Assembly: GCA_015680685.1 (NCBI GenBank)
Contig: MNCI01001687.1
Location: 160,255 to 224,254 of the forward strand
DNA: 64,000 nt
Reading direction: 5' to 3'
From: Gnetum montanum
Taxonomy: Eukaryota; Plantae; Gnetophyta
A model generated the notes under the pieces. It saw only the letters and a list, made by a program, of their open reading frames with translations, did not search any database and was not told the origin of the DNA. The position numbers and the translations under genes are program-made. Each line of letters begins with the position of its first letter. The first letter of the stretch is position 1. Shown here in pieces: positions 10,401 through 23,168 of the stretch.

Positions 10401-11557
10401 TCGGTGACGATTTTGAGGCGCTTTACCTCATCTGTCAATTCCTCCATCATCCTTTTGGCATCTGCCCAATCCTGAGCGTTTGGGAGTAAGGTGGTTTGAG
10501 CTTGGGACTGGCTGTATGGGTTAGAATGCTGAACGGTAGAATGGAAGGCTGAAAGTTGCGTTGTCGGGGGTTGCATTTGTGGGAAGTATGTGGTAGATGG
10601 CATCAGAGGCGCTACATTATAGAGAAGAGGCTGTTGCTGATGCGGTCGTGGCTGTGCCTAAGGCACATGAATTGTTGGCAACATGTGGGGCGGTATGCAG
10701 TGTTGGGAAGCCTGGTGCGACGTCGTGCCCGTCATCGGCCACTGCCCGACCATGTTGTACGAGGAGGCTCCTTGTTGGGTTACGGCAGTGAAAGGGGGCA
10801 CGTGCGTCTGGACATGCGGGATGTAGTGGGCAGGTGTGGAGATAGGTATAACGTGTGGCTTTCTTACCACTTGGGACTGGGCTTGAAACGTCACTCCTAG
10901 GTTGCTGTGAGGGGGCGGTGCTTGTGAGGATGAACCTGCGAGTGTAAAAGGGAAGGCATTCGACAAAGGATGGCCTTGGGGAGGGACTTGAGCTGACGCG
11001 GATGTTCCTTGTAACAGTGCTTGGGTATGGTCAGAGGTAATGGGTTGGAGGGGTGTGGTTTCCCCTGCGTCCGAGTTAAATACAGGGTTCACGTGGTTAT
11101 GCAGACTGAGAGTATGATAGGAATCTTCACGTTCAGATTGCGCAGCGAATTCGTCCTCTTCATCCCGTTGTGGTTCTACCGTAACCTGGTCTAACAATTG
11201 GCTCCTATGCAGAAGGAGCTGCGTAAAGAGCTCCGAGAATTGCTCCGGAATGGGGATTACGTCGTATGGGGAAGGGATGAATTCATACCCCCCTCTGTAA
11301 AAGATCTCAAATTGCCTTTTTACTTCCATCTCAGCCCGGTCTACTGCCAGGCCAGCTTGTATCTTAATGCAAATGAAGTTATATTCGTCTTGGCTTATGA
11401 TATTAGCGGCAGGGTCTCTCCCTTGCAACCTCAAAGATCGACGGGGCCCCATTGTGGATTGCCCTCCCATGTGTTGTGTGGCGGGTTGCTGGGCAGTCGT
11501 TGCGTCTGAGATGTTAACGTTCTGGGTAGTAGCAGCAGTGATGTTGATGGGTTTCAT
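7478..11557 (-). CDS. gag: E1 gag-protease polyprotein (1359 codons) in one frame, interrupted by four premature stops (10658, 9662, 9278, 7727)
   Basis: ORFs 10658-11557, 9662-10603, 9278-9598 and 7727-9196 share one frame and continue to ...IKKQLK* at 7478. Retrotrans-gag KYNGETDPNAHL...SLTGRALDWY; Tat-type knuckle FCDYHQRPGHGT; protease VHVDDGAATN...LILGRPWL. Confidence 0.92.
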
Positions 11558-11639
11558 GATTATAGACGATTTGAGTGTGTGGAACTGATATGGATAACGG
11601 TGTATGCGGTGGCGTAGACGAGTCTACAGGCTAAGTATC

Positions 11640-11910
11640 TGCGGCGTAAACGCCGGCGTAAGCGTGTAGCGTGTACGCTAAGTATGCAGCGTAGACGCTG
11701 ACGTGAGCGTGTAGCGTGTACGCTGGGGTTCGTCTGCAGCGTAAACGCTGGTGTAAGCGTGTAGCGTGTTCGCTAAGTATGTGGCGTAGACGCTGGCGTA
11801 AGCGTGCAGCGTATACGCTAGGGTTTGTGCAGCATAAACGCTGGCGTAAGCGTGCAGCGTATACGCTAGGGTTTGTGCAGCGTAAATGGAGTCGACAGCG
11901 TAGACGCTGA
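11640..11910. repeat. Degenerate CpG-rich tandem repeats in the E1 5' UTR
   Basis: Repeated gcgtaaacgctggcgtaagcgtg(t/c)agcgtatacgct units. Confidence 0.8.
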
Positions 11911-11985
11911 GTCTGATTTTAAAAAAGGCAGCGAGGACGCTAATCAGCGTGAACGCTGAGGGGCGTGAAGCCTGTTTAGCGAAGG

Positions 11986-12003
11986 GCCCTCCTTCTAGCG
12001 CCA
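11986..12003 (-). promoter_or_regulatory. E1 primer binding site complementary to the 3' end of plant tRNA-Asn(GUU)
   Basis: Minus strand TGGCGCTAGAAGGAGGGC, 5 nt from the LTR end. The plus strand reads like a tRNA 3' end, ...CCCTCCTTCTAGCG-CCA; tRNA identity is from recalled plant tRNA-Asn sequence. Confidence 0.85.
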
Positions 12004-12008
12004 AAAAC

Positions 12009-13411
12009 TATGCCGACCGAAATCGTCGGTGCAAGGCTGGAACGTGACGAACACCGAAAGAGATGCGGGCGAGCACAGTTGACCCTGCCTCCGCTTGAGG
12101 GCGAGCTGGAGTGGGCGAAGGCAGAGTGCCTTGAACGGTCTGCACGCGGATCAAACAAGGACTTCCCCGAGCGCCGCCGAAGCGTTATACGCTGGGTTAT
12201 ACGTGAACAGGGCGTAAGCAATGAATCAGGCATGCACGGCGTAAACAGCGTAAATAGAAGTGAACACAGCGTGAGCGTACGGGCGTGACAGCGTAAACTG
12301 AAATGAGCACAGCGTGAGCCTACAGGCGTGAGCGTAAACAGTGAATGGATATAGGGCGTAAGCAGGCAGACGACATGAACAGTGGGCGTATACAAACGGA
12401 GGTGGAGCGAAAATGCAAGCGGGCGTGAATGAGTACTGGGCCAAATTGACGTAAAACTGAGAAAGAGCTCACAGCGAGCGTAAACAGTGGTTGTCTTCGG
12501 ACGCGAACCGAGCACGGAGCGCGAACGCAAACCGGCGTAAACAAGGCGTGGGCCAAATCAACGTAAAACTATAAAAGAACTTGCAATAAACGTAAACAAT
12601 GGATTATAGAGTTAAAATGTTGTGCACCGGTCTAACGCAGTTGTGTAGGGACACAAGGCGGACGTAAAGCCCTGGTGGACAGAGGGATGCAGCTGGCGGA
12701 CACGGTGGACGAAGCGCGAACTGTGCTCAGCGTGCAGCGTGCAGGGCTTTCAGCGTAAGCGTGAGCGTGTGAGGGTTTCAGCAGCGTAATTGCTCTGGGC
12801 CAGCTCTGGTAAATTTTCGCGAACCCGGTAAACGTGGAAAATTGGGCTATTTATAGGGGTAGGGTTACTGGGAAAAGCGGATGGGGGGACACGTGGCGTA
12901 TAGACCGGGCGTTACAATTTAGAAACTCGGTACACGCTGGGCGTATACATTACAAGCTGGCGTGTATGCTGAGCGTACACGCTGGGCGTACACGCTGGGC
13001 GTATACGCTGAGCGTAAACACTTACAAGCTGGCGTGTACGCTGGGCGTACACGCTGGGCGTATACGCTGAGCGTAAACATTTACAAGCTGGCGTGTACGC
13101 TGGGCGTACACGCTGAGCGTAGACGCCGGGCGTACACGCTGAGCGTAGACGCCGGGCGTAGAGACCGACAGATGTCCACTTGCTTCAATCCTTGCTCTTT
13201 GGTGTAATCTTCATGTTGCCATTGGAAATCTTGTCGTCGAGCGTGTGCCCCTGCCGTACCTGGGCGTGTACACTGAGCTGGGCGTAGACACTGAGCGTGA
13301 ACGCCGGGCGTAGACGCTGGGCGTGAATGCTGGGCGTAGACGCTGGGCGTGAATGCTGGGCGTGAACGCTGGGCGTAGACGCTAGCACAACAATATTTTT
13401 GTGGTGTTTCA
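12009..13411 (-). repeat. E1 5' LTR (about 1.4 kb) with U3 arrays of GCGTA(C/T)ACGC units at about 12925-13385
   Basis: Starts TGAAACACCAC at 13411. The end aligns with other LTR ends (...GTCGGCATA; CA changed to TA) and abuts the PBS. Confidence 0.9.
12848..12897 (-). promoter_or_regulatory. LTR promoter: G-box/ABRE-like GCCACGTGTC followed by TATAAATA
   Basis: CACGTG at 12890-12895; TATAAATA (minus) at 12848-12855. The same pair occurs in the solo LTR (about 49335-49382) and the E2 5' LTR (about 51817-51868). Confidence 0.65.
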
Positions 13412-14292
13412 ACTGCTATATCATCCACGTAGTCGTTTAATGTTTCTAGGATGTAGTCATTGAAGATGTAATTCATGGCTCGTTGGTAGGTTGCTCCATC
13501 ATTCTTGAGCTCAAAGGGCATCATGATGTAGTAGAAGGTCCCCCATGAGGTCATGAAGGTTATTGAAAGCTAATGCTCTGGATTAATCTAGATTTGGTTG
13601 TATTCGGAGAAATCATCCATGAAGGATAGCAGAGCATAACCAGCTATGGTGTTGATGAGATGATCAATTCCTGGAAGTGGGAAGTTTTCCTTGATCATTT
13701 CCTTGTTCAAGTCTTGGAAATTTATACAGATTTGTATTCCTCCAATTTTCTTCGAAACGACAATGACGTTGGACACCCACTCTAAATAGTCAACCATGCA
13801 GATGAAACCTGCTTGGTATAGCTTAGTGATTTCATCCCTCATGGCTAGTGCAATTTTTGGCTTAGCTTTGCAAGCCTTCTGCTTGACTGTCTTCATGTGT
13901 GGTTCTAGGACTATGTTGTGCTAAATCAACAATAGATCTAGACCCGACATGTTGTTGTACGACCATGCGAAGACATTGATGTTATCTTGCAGAATTTTGG
14001 CTATGATTTTGTGCATTTGTGTGTCTAGGAGGGAGCTGATTCTTAACGTTTTCACCTTCCCCTTTGACGTGGTGACGGGCATCTTGATGAGAGGGTCCTC
14101 AGCTACATTCCCAGCCTCAAAGGCTAGGGCTTGGACTAGATACTCGGGCCAGCCTGGGGATGCTTCTAAGGCTGCTACAATGCTGGTTGTGATCAACCCC
14201 TAGTTGATCATGTTGGGGTTCAACTGTCTTATGAGCTTGCCGTGTGGCCCTGCTAACGTTAAGGGAATGGAGAGGTCATAATGGATTTCCAT
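13412..14292 (-). pseudogene. pol: E2 pol N-terminus/RT fragment, cut after YVDDIAV by E1
   Basis: WVSNVIVVSKKIGGIQICINF, FMDDFSEYNQI, LNDYVDDIAV; several stops. Confidence 0.92.
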
Positions 14293-15221
14293 CTCTTGCT
14301 TGTCTTGCCAACATGAGATAAAAACCTGGTTAAGAGGCATCTGTTAGTAGAGATTTTGTGTAATGAAAGTTTGCAAAACAACGACGAGATGTAACTTGCG
14401 AAGTGTAATGATGCAAAGATTGAAAGTTTGCCAGTTCAGGGTCATGGCGGACCACCAAGGCACAAGAGTGTAGAACTACTAAAGGTGTAAAACTTCTAAT
14501 GCAGAGTGCAAAGATATGAGATTGCTGATATGAAAATGCCAAACTTCTAGTTTAGTGTCATTTTCGGACTGCCAAATTGTGACATGCAAAATCTTACCAT
14601 GCAAAATTATAGTATGCAAAATGAGAGACTACAGGTATGAGAAATGCTAAATAGTCAATGTGAGGATATGCATTGCTGACATGAAAATATGAAATTGCTA
14701 GAAATTGCAACACTGCCAATGTAGAAGAAGATGTGAAAACCGCCCATGTAAGCATGTGGTGTTGTTAGTTTAACATCATCGCAGACTGCGAACATAACAG
14801 GTTGAAACTACTAGTTTAGGGTCTTTTCAGATTGCTAGAGGTGCAATTATACTAGGATTTCTAGTTTAAGGTCCTTTTAGACCCTTAATCAAAAACAAAT
14901 ATATTTTTTTTGTTTTCAAGAAGGCAAGTACTTGGCTTGAAGCATGTCAAGGATTTAATGCTAACAGTGCTACGATGTCATGGTGAGCATGCTACGTTGT
15001 ACGACACACTCTAAATTAATCAGAGAGAGAGAGAAGCAACTTTTCCCACCTTGTCATTATAGCCATAAATAGGGGTTAAACCCTGGAAATTTTTCCATTT
15101 TCACTGTAAGAGTGTAGAGCCCACATCGGAGCACAAGGCAATTTCAGAGCATGAAGCAATTGTCTTAATGACTACCAAGGTGAGTTTTTACAACAATGAG
15201 TGTAAATCTACAAGCAGGAAA

Positions 15222-18200
15222 ATGGCTCCCAAGACTCATCTAGTGCTTACAAAGGTTGAGAAGGTGAGGAGGACCTTGGGGCAATCGACACAATCGTGTG
15301 TGGTGGTGCGGAAGAGCACACCGTTGACCCAGTAGGTTACTATGTTTCCTCTACCTTCTTCGCATTCTTGTTATCATTTTGCATTTTATGCAATTTTATG
15401 ATTTTTGAATCCTATCCTTGGCTACCTGTATTTTCTATTGTCATGTCATTTTGGCCCTTACATCACCAATGTTATTGTTTAGCTCATGATAGATGCATCA
15501 TTGTTATGTCATAGTTGCATGCAAGGTTGCTTAAACTACTACCACTGCAATTGTCATAACCGTGGGGCTTGGGAAGTTTAGGCTTCTTGACCTTCAAATG
15601 GCATGATGTAGAACCCTTAAGGGGGTTAGTACATACGTGTTTCATTAGGGAATGTTGTCGATTTCTCTATTGCTATGCTAAGCTTTTTGTTTTTCATGTT
15701 TTTGCTATGATAAACTTTTGTGTTCTTGCTACGCTACGTGTAGGGAGAGGGCTATGCTACACCATATGCATGAACTATGAGGTGTTGCCATGCTATGTGT
15801 GTATCGCACTTAGGCATGATGCTAACACTCGTTGATGGGTTGCACAGGGTGGGGCTAAGGCCTAGGCTAATTATTTTGAAAATTAGAGGGGTCATGTGCC
15901 ATGTAGGCAAACCCGTGGCCAATGTTCCTCCTCCTCAAATATGTGTGGGGGAGTGGGAGGTATGGTTTAGGAAGGGGGCACAGGGCTTCTTGCAATTCCT
16001 CCTTGATCACTTCAGTGTGATTATTTGGTCCTCCTTGGAGAAGGAGGAGGCAGTCGGCATAACAGAAGCTATTTTTCCTGGGGCGCGCCGAGGCATTCTA
16101 AGGTTTCTGACTGACAGGGTGATCATAAGAAGACAAGGGAAAGGATCCAGTTAGCGGCCAACAGGGTTAAGGTGCTTGGTATGCATTTGGGAGATGCCTG
16201 ATTATAGCTACTACCACCATTTCAACACATTATTCCTTGCACGTTTTATGACAACATGCTTCTAGAACCCTCAAGGAACTATCTACTTTGCCGGCGGGTG
16301 AGTTTCGTAGCTTTGTTATGCTATGTTTGTGCGATGCTAGCCATAGTGGCCTAATGCTAATAATATGAGCTTGCTACCAGGTTCTTAATTAATGAGGATG
16401 GGATCATGACCTACCAGGTTTATTGGCTACAACACAACTAGCCCTGGAGGAGTTCTCTTCTGCTGAGAACCTTAGGGTGGGTGTGATCGGTCAATATAGG
16501 GGTGAATACCACACCTACCCAGATGTGTATTCTCCCATGTACAATTAGTGTAAGGGGTAGGGTTGGATGGATGAGGAGTGGGTGAAACCTTTCAAACTGG
16601 TCATGGTCAAGCAAGTTTGGGTTAAACTCCCACTACTCCCACTGCCATACCAACCTGGTAGGCCGAGTAGTAAGTGCCACATGTTTATGTGTCTTCACAA
16701 ATTTTGAGTTCTCTACATTTTTCACTAAACATTTTTGTGGAATTGTTGCAAGGGATAACAAAATCCTAGGAGGTGACAACGATAGCCATTGGAATACAGG
16801 GGATGAATGTCTACTTCTAGTATGGAGAAGTAGAGATGAGCTAACGTTGGCTGGACGTTGGGGCTTCGGACTCCCTAGTCTAGAACATTGAAAAGGTGGG
16901 GCTTATGGATCTATTCCCGATCTTGCATCTGAACATTCTTGTGGCTGAGATGCTTACCTTAGTTAAATGTTTTTTTGACAAGGTGAGCCACTTTTTCCTA
17001 CACGTGCATGAAGTGCAGGTGGTCATTGACATCAATGACCAACTATTCATGGACCTCTTCGGTGTCCCTGTCGAAGGCATTCCGATAGGGTCAAAATCCA
17101 AGATGGAGTTGACCCTCTAGAAGAAGGACCTTTAGGAGTGATTAGGGATCACCAATGAGCACAAGGGGCTCCCCATGGAGTGATTAGGGATCACCAACGA
17201 GGACAAGGGGCTCCCCAAGGAGTTTTACCCCATCTTCTGTGCTCAGGAATTCCCCTAGCTTCTTACCCAGGGGAATGTCCTGGGGCTTGAGCAGGCTTGG
17301 ATAATGCGTTTGATTATGGAGGAGGGGACTCATTACAACTAGGTTGAGTCTTTGTGTAAAGGCTTGTAGGATGAGATCCTGGGGCATCATATGAAAATGG
17401 AGTTCCATTCCAACATCCATTACACCTTCTATATAGGCTATCTTAAGTGCTTCATGGAGTTCTTGGTGGTCTAGGAGAAAGGAGGCTAGGTCCTGCGAAA
17501 TCGCAACCAGATTTCCAGATCATGGATTTGCCAGGTCTTTCATACCATCTAAGCCTAGGATCCCCTAAAAGTAATTGGAAAGTCATTTTCTATAACGAAG
17601 AAGGATCGGGTGGCCTGTAACGTTTGTGACCAGGACAGCGTATGCGAGACACCCCCCACTATGGATGGTAGCATGTCACAGAGTGAACATCTCATGGTGA
17701 AGATAATGGATGGCAAGGTATGATAGAAGAGGCCTCCCCCAGCTAAGGAAACCCTTCGCATGGAGGAGGAGGATGGGTGAATACTACGGCTTAAACTATA
17801 GAGCATGCAACCCCCCATTGGTAAGAGTTTTTGTTTAGTGCTTACTTTGTTATTGTTTGCTACACTATGCTACGCTAGGTGGTGTAGCGTAGTGTAGCAC
17901 CTACTTTGAGCTAACTTTCTTTGAACTAATGCAAACTTGCTTTTTTTCTTGTAGAGGAAGAAGAAGAAGAAGGCAAAGAGGTGTCGGCTCCTAATATGGG
18001 GATAATGAATAAAGACATGGGGGCCCCAGTCTTAGAGAGAAGGGTCCCAGTTGACATGTAGAGAGCTCCTGCAGTTAGAGCAGGGGCTCTCATTATTATG
18101 GAGAATCCTCCTATTGAGGAGTCTTCCTTGAATAAAAGAGATGCTGGTGTCCTCAAGGGAAAAGTGCCAGCGCATGAAGAGGAGGTCCACGGGAACCTGG

Positions 18201-18985
18201 GAGGAACTTCTGGCTAGGCTTCTGCCATCGTCTTGCATTAGTCAGAAGAGAGACCGCAACCAGGTGTTGGTGAGTTTGCAAATATGTTTACCTTGTCTTA
18301 GTTCATTTTGGTCATTGCTAATGTGTTTGGTTATGCGACAGATACTACTGCTGATGCTATGGGATCCCCTCCTGTTCATGCGGGATCCTAGGCTAAAATC
18401 CCTTACAAATTCGTGTTTATGTAGAGGATTGTTGACGACATGATTAATCACCTTCAGCAGGTGGACCCTGAAGTGGGTAAGTACTAGTGTTATTTGCTCT
18501 CGTGTTGTTATGCTAAAATTTCTTGCATTTTCTACTTATGCTATGTCAATACAACTGGTACATTCCTTGTGTTAGGGAAGCTTCTCGACTCAAATGGGAC
18601 CCGACACATCCTATGAAAGTCAGTGCTGTGTCCAAATTCCCACCAGAAGTGACTGAGGTGTCTCATCATGCATACGAAGAGGTCTACAAATTCTTGTTGC
18701 ACTTGGTGCACTCTCTATGGGAGTTCAAATGTATCAATGAGGATCTGTGGAAATGAGTCCAAAGGGCAGAGCAGAGAGAAGCTAACCTAAGGACCAAGGT
18801 GGATGATCGCAAGTTAAGGAATGAGTTCCTCATGGCCTGCATCACTAATAACAAGGACTAGTGCACACCTATGGTAGATCACATCAAGTTTTGGATAGTT
18901 GTGTGTCAGAATGTCGAGACTACCTATGAACTGATAGAATAGTTGATGCAGATGAACCTGCTAGACCAAAAGTGTCAGGATCTAA
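15222..18985 (+). pseudogene. E2 copy of the antisense multi-exon gene (3' truncated)
   Basis: MAPKTHLV... start; VWFRKGAQGFLQFLLDHFSVIIWSS; NTLFLAR...NPQGTIYFAG|gtgagt; LFGVP exon; ...RLKWDPTHP. Stops after LDQKCQDL. Confidence 0.82.
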
Positions 18986-19175
18986 CATGCCAAAGAGATG
19001 ACACGTCAATCGCTTGAAGAATGGCTGACTGGTAATTTATGCTAGTTTTAGGCTGTTTCAAGCTGTAGCATAGTTTTAGGCCATTTCGAGCCATTGCACG
19101 TTGCTAGTTTTAGGCCGTTTTGGGTCATAGCGTGGAAGCATATGAGTAGTGTGTGGGTAGGAAGTAGTGGGGTTG

Positions 19176-20301
19176 CTACGCTAGGCGAAGTTGCTTCTTG
19201 ACCCGACATGAGTTAAGTGAGATATAAGGCCAAGAAGTTTCACCAAGGCCTTCATCTATGTCATCACCTCCAACTTGGAAGGGCAACTCAGTCCATGCAT
19301 TTTTGTTTTGGGGATCAACTTGCTGAGCTGACCCCTCTGCCAGGTAGTTAGTGTAGATCGCTACAGGTGCTTCATTCTCAAAAGTTATGAATTCTAAGCC
19401 TTGTTCCACACCTACCTTATGAATTTCTTATGTTGCTACTTCGTCATCATGGATTACCATTTCTCTACCTGCATACGGCAGGTGGATCTTCTAGTGTATG
19501 GGCGAGGAAACAGCCCTAAGTTATGCTAACCATGATCTCCCCAAGATCAGGTTAAACTGGGGCATTTCCTCAACCATGATAAACATTGCATTTGTGGAGA
19601 ACTGGTCCCCTGCTACGAAGTTCATGTGAACTATTCCCTTTACCATGATCCATGCCCCATTAAACGACCTCAGGCATGAGGTCGTCATGGGTTCAATTTG
19701 GTCGAGCAAGCCCAGCCTGTCCACAATGGGGAAGGAAATGACATTTGTGGTGGCCCCATCATCCATGTGTATCCTTCGGATCCAATGTTGATTGACCTAA
19801 ATTATGATGAAAAGGGTTGCTGTAGTTACTTGACCCCTCTCGGGGCCTTCCCTAATGGCATCATTGCGGTAGGCTAGTTGAGGTTGTTTTGATCATGAAG
19901 GTGCAAAGGGAAGCATGACCGAGTAGATCACTTCTTCCTCCGCGAGCATGTCTTCGTTTACCAGAGTCACTATCAACATGCAGATCAGAGCTTCGCAATG
20001 TGGGATAGATGTCATGATAAGGTCGTACAAGCTCAACGTAGTGTTTTTTTTATTTTAGAGCTTACCTGACCTATGTAAGGGTGTCCAAGAAGTCTTGGCT
20101 ATCCCCTTGTTTAATGCTTTCTTCCTCTTCTATTCATCCTAGAAGACAAATTTCTCGAGGAGAGGTGACTTCGAATCTAGGTTCAAATCCTTGTTGGTAG
20201 AGAGATGTAAGGTTCTGTAGCCATGTTGACCTTCATCTTTGGTGGTGAAGGTACAGATGTGTTGGGCAAATATGTAGGCTTGGGGGGTACTTTTGATGGT
20301 A
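19176..20301 (-). pseudogene. E2 gag C-terminus/aspartic protease
   Basis: MDDGATTNVI...FNLILGRSWL; terminus WTELPFQ...VKKQLRLA*. Confidence 0.88.
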
Positions 20302-20306
20302 CTTCC

Positions 20307-21517
20307 TGTAACTATGAAAAATGTCCATCACTGGAAATACCAAGTGAAGTTCCATGTACACAGTTCCAACCCCAGATCCGTGGGAGGGCTGTGATGGAGA
20401 AAACGAATCCGAGGTGCCTTGAATGGCCTTGTCGATCAAACAGGGACTTACTTAATTAGTAAATTTTGTAATAACCATATTACAAGATGACGATTTTGAT
20501 GAGGGGATATGATATTGGTAATCTTGAAGGTAATAAGAACGATGTCAATGATTCGAAGCAACTGCAAAACCTATGTAGATAGGATGCAATAAATTGGATT
20601 TAGAGAATGTGTGATCCTAAGATCTGGGACTTATTTTATAAAAAAATATGTTGAGTACAATGATTGTAGGTAGACTTCAGTTTAGATGAAGCACATGCCA
20701 AGAATAGGAAAGCTATTCAGAGATGAAACAAGAAAAGGCTGATCTACCCTATTCTAGCCAATCTGGGTGTAAGGGAGTCAAACCTGAAGCAGGATGTCTA
20801 CTAACTGGAAGTTTCTAATCAAAAGCTCTTGTCAGTCGTCTTTGAATTTCTTTCGATTTACGATCCTCTCTTTTTCTCTCACTAGTCTTCGCCAAAAATT
20901 GTTACCAATTGCCAATGAAAGAAGATTTCTCACCAAGAAAATTTTCCAACCCTTTGATCATTGTCAACTAGAGCATTTATAAGGTTAGGGTCAAGAGAAA
21001 AATGCGATTTAGATGAAGCGTGTCCTAAACCTACAAAATTCCATTGACTTGGTGCATTTGTAGTTGAAGCTTGTGGTGCTATTCTACGTTACGCTCTAAA
21101 GTGTAGTGTGTCGTAATCTACCTTTGCTAGAGCTTTGATAACAAACTATCCTGTGGTTACACTATAATATGCTAGAGAGCATATCATGGCATAAGTACTG
21201 CCAATGCTTGAATTTTTCTATCTCCATTTTTGCAATTAAATCAATTATCTGCTTGCATTACACTACGTTATGCTACATTACACTCCATAGAGTAACTCGA
21301 CGTAACATAGTGAACTTGAAAAATTGAAGTGTTCTCACTACATATCCCTTGTTTCTATTCAGTCTTTCTGGAGTCTATTACACTATGCTACATAGTGTAG
21401 CATACTAGGCCTTAAGTTGAAAGACGACTATCTGAAATGTGCCACTTGTGGAAATCCTTTACCTAAACTTCGAGACTTTGCTGAATCATCGAGGTCTCAA
21501 AATTTCATGGTGTTTCA
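20307..21517 (-). repeat. E3 3' LTR
   Basis: TGAAACACCA...TTACA termini; preceded by the PPT; matches 45200-46410. Confidence 0.95.
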
Positions 21518-21530
21518 ATGGCCCCTCTTT
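21518..21530 (-). promoter_or_regulatory. E3 polypurine tract
   Basis: AAAGAGGGGCCAT directly before TGAAACACC. Confidence 0.85.
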
Positions 21531-23168
21531 ATTGATGTTTAGAGGGCTTTCCCGAAAGATTTTGACAAAGAATATGGAACACCAAAAAGGTGAAGACACC
21601 AACATGATCGTCAGTCTTTACTCAGAGGTCTCTTTGTCAAACCTAGAAGTGCGAAGGTGGGAGGCATAAGGAGTATTGGAGGGATCTTAAAGAAGTGAGA
21701 GGGGGGAGGTTTGAGGAAGACTCAAGCGTGTGAACAGGAAACTTTCACAAACATGTCATTAGGCATCTTCTCGCAGGTGCTTTCTTGAGAGGTTACACTG
21801 CTATACTACATATATGGGACTTGCATGGATGAGTTGTGTTACGCTCATGTGGCCTAGATGAGTTGTGTTACATCCATTTTACCTAGCTATGCCCATTTAT
21901 TTTTTGTTTTTTTTGAATAGGATGTTTTCCATGAGGTGAGTTGTGGTACGCCAATTCATGGTTGAGATGATGCACTCCATGAGGTGATTTGCGTTATGCC
22001 AAGTCATGGATGAGATGATTATTATGTGTGAAAAATTTCCTGTACACTCACATTCTGTACAAACAAGAAGGAAGGGTGAAAGAAATTATAGGGATAAAGG
22101 GAGGAGAAAGTGAAATAAGTTGTCCGATGGAGGGGAAAAGGAAGGGTCTACATTCCCAAGTAGTCAGGCTAATCTGAGTAGCCACATCAGAACTCCGTAA
22201 CGCTTCGCCTTCAGGTGAGTGCATTCTTGAACGATGCTATCGTAGCAAGTAACCTGCAAAACATAACAGAGAATAGAAAGCAAAAGTAATTGTCCTAATC
22301 ACTAGGGAGGTTATTGAAACAAGTAACGCCTGAAGAGAAAAGGAGAGTGCGAGCCATAGAGAAGGGACTGTAGCAAGAAGCAAGGGTCCCTTTGTTGATG
22401 CCACTGCTCAGGAATTCATCATCGACAGCTAGACTCATCTTACCGAATTGACTGGGCAAAGAACCAGTCAAATGAATCTGCTAAGCCAGAGTCTAGTAGT
22501 AGTGATGGGTTGAGGCTACCAAGGCCATGGGTGACCATAGTTTCCTTGGAGCCCCAAGTGGCAAGGTTTCCCCAAGAGTTACAACTACAGAGTGGTTATT
22601 GTAGCAGCATCTCCGAGGGATCAGTATTATGCCTTTTGGCATATCCAAGGAATTAGTAGGATGCCATTAGGGTAGCAGCGTTGTGTCTATTCCACCGTCC
22701 TATCCATTCTGTCAGGTATGGATGCCATGCAAGAATGATCACACTTGCTTGCTTCATAGATTGTCTATTGTCAGATTCCCATTTTAGGTCCTGGTGGACC
22801 ATTGTTGCTGATTTTAAGCCTCAGCAGACTTGTGGCCCTGGTTTAAAGTTTGGGAAGACTAAAGCATGCTAGTTTTACATCGTAGCGGATGGTGGAAGAG
22901 CTACTTTATGGTCCTAGAGGACCGTGCTTTGGGTGTCAGTTTTGTGTCATGACCTAGGAACAAGTTTATGCTGGTTTAGCATCTCAGCAGACAAATGCTT
23001 ACCTTGCTAGTTTCATGTCATGGCAGACGGTCGAAAACTTTGTAATTTTAGTGTCGTGGTGGATGCATGTAAGAAATTCCATTTTTACATTGTAGCAGAC
23101 ATGTACAACACTACCAATTTTACGTCATACTGAACGTTTGTTACCTTGCATTTTAGCGGAGCCGACGT

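Larger units (their letters stand above)
1..13411 (-). mobile_element. E1: Ty3/Gypsy Tat-type LTR retrotransposon, youngest copy; 3' part (integrase, 3' LTR) lies left of the window
   Basis: Minus-strand order: LTR (13411-12009), PBS, gag-pro (11557-7478), antisense cassette, pol (2244-1). Inserted into the RT of E2 just after YVDDIAV; candidate TSD ACTGC at 13412-13416. Confidence 0.95.

Noticed and set aside
7478-11557. TAA/TAG reassigned to Gln (alternative genetic code)
   Set aside because: TAG is the true terminator of gag-pro, the antisense gene and two integrases; other copies have CAA/CAG at the three stop sites that could be aligned; C-to-T decay also affects non-coding LTR ends.
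11986-12003. tRNA-Asn gene
   Set aside because: Only the 3' 18 nt including CCA are present, next to an LTR end, so it is a PBS.
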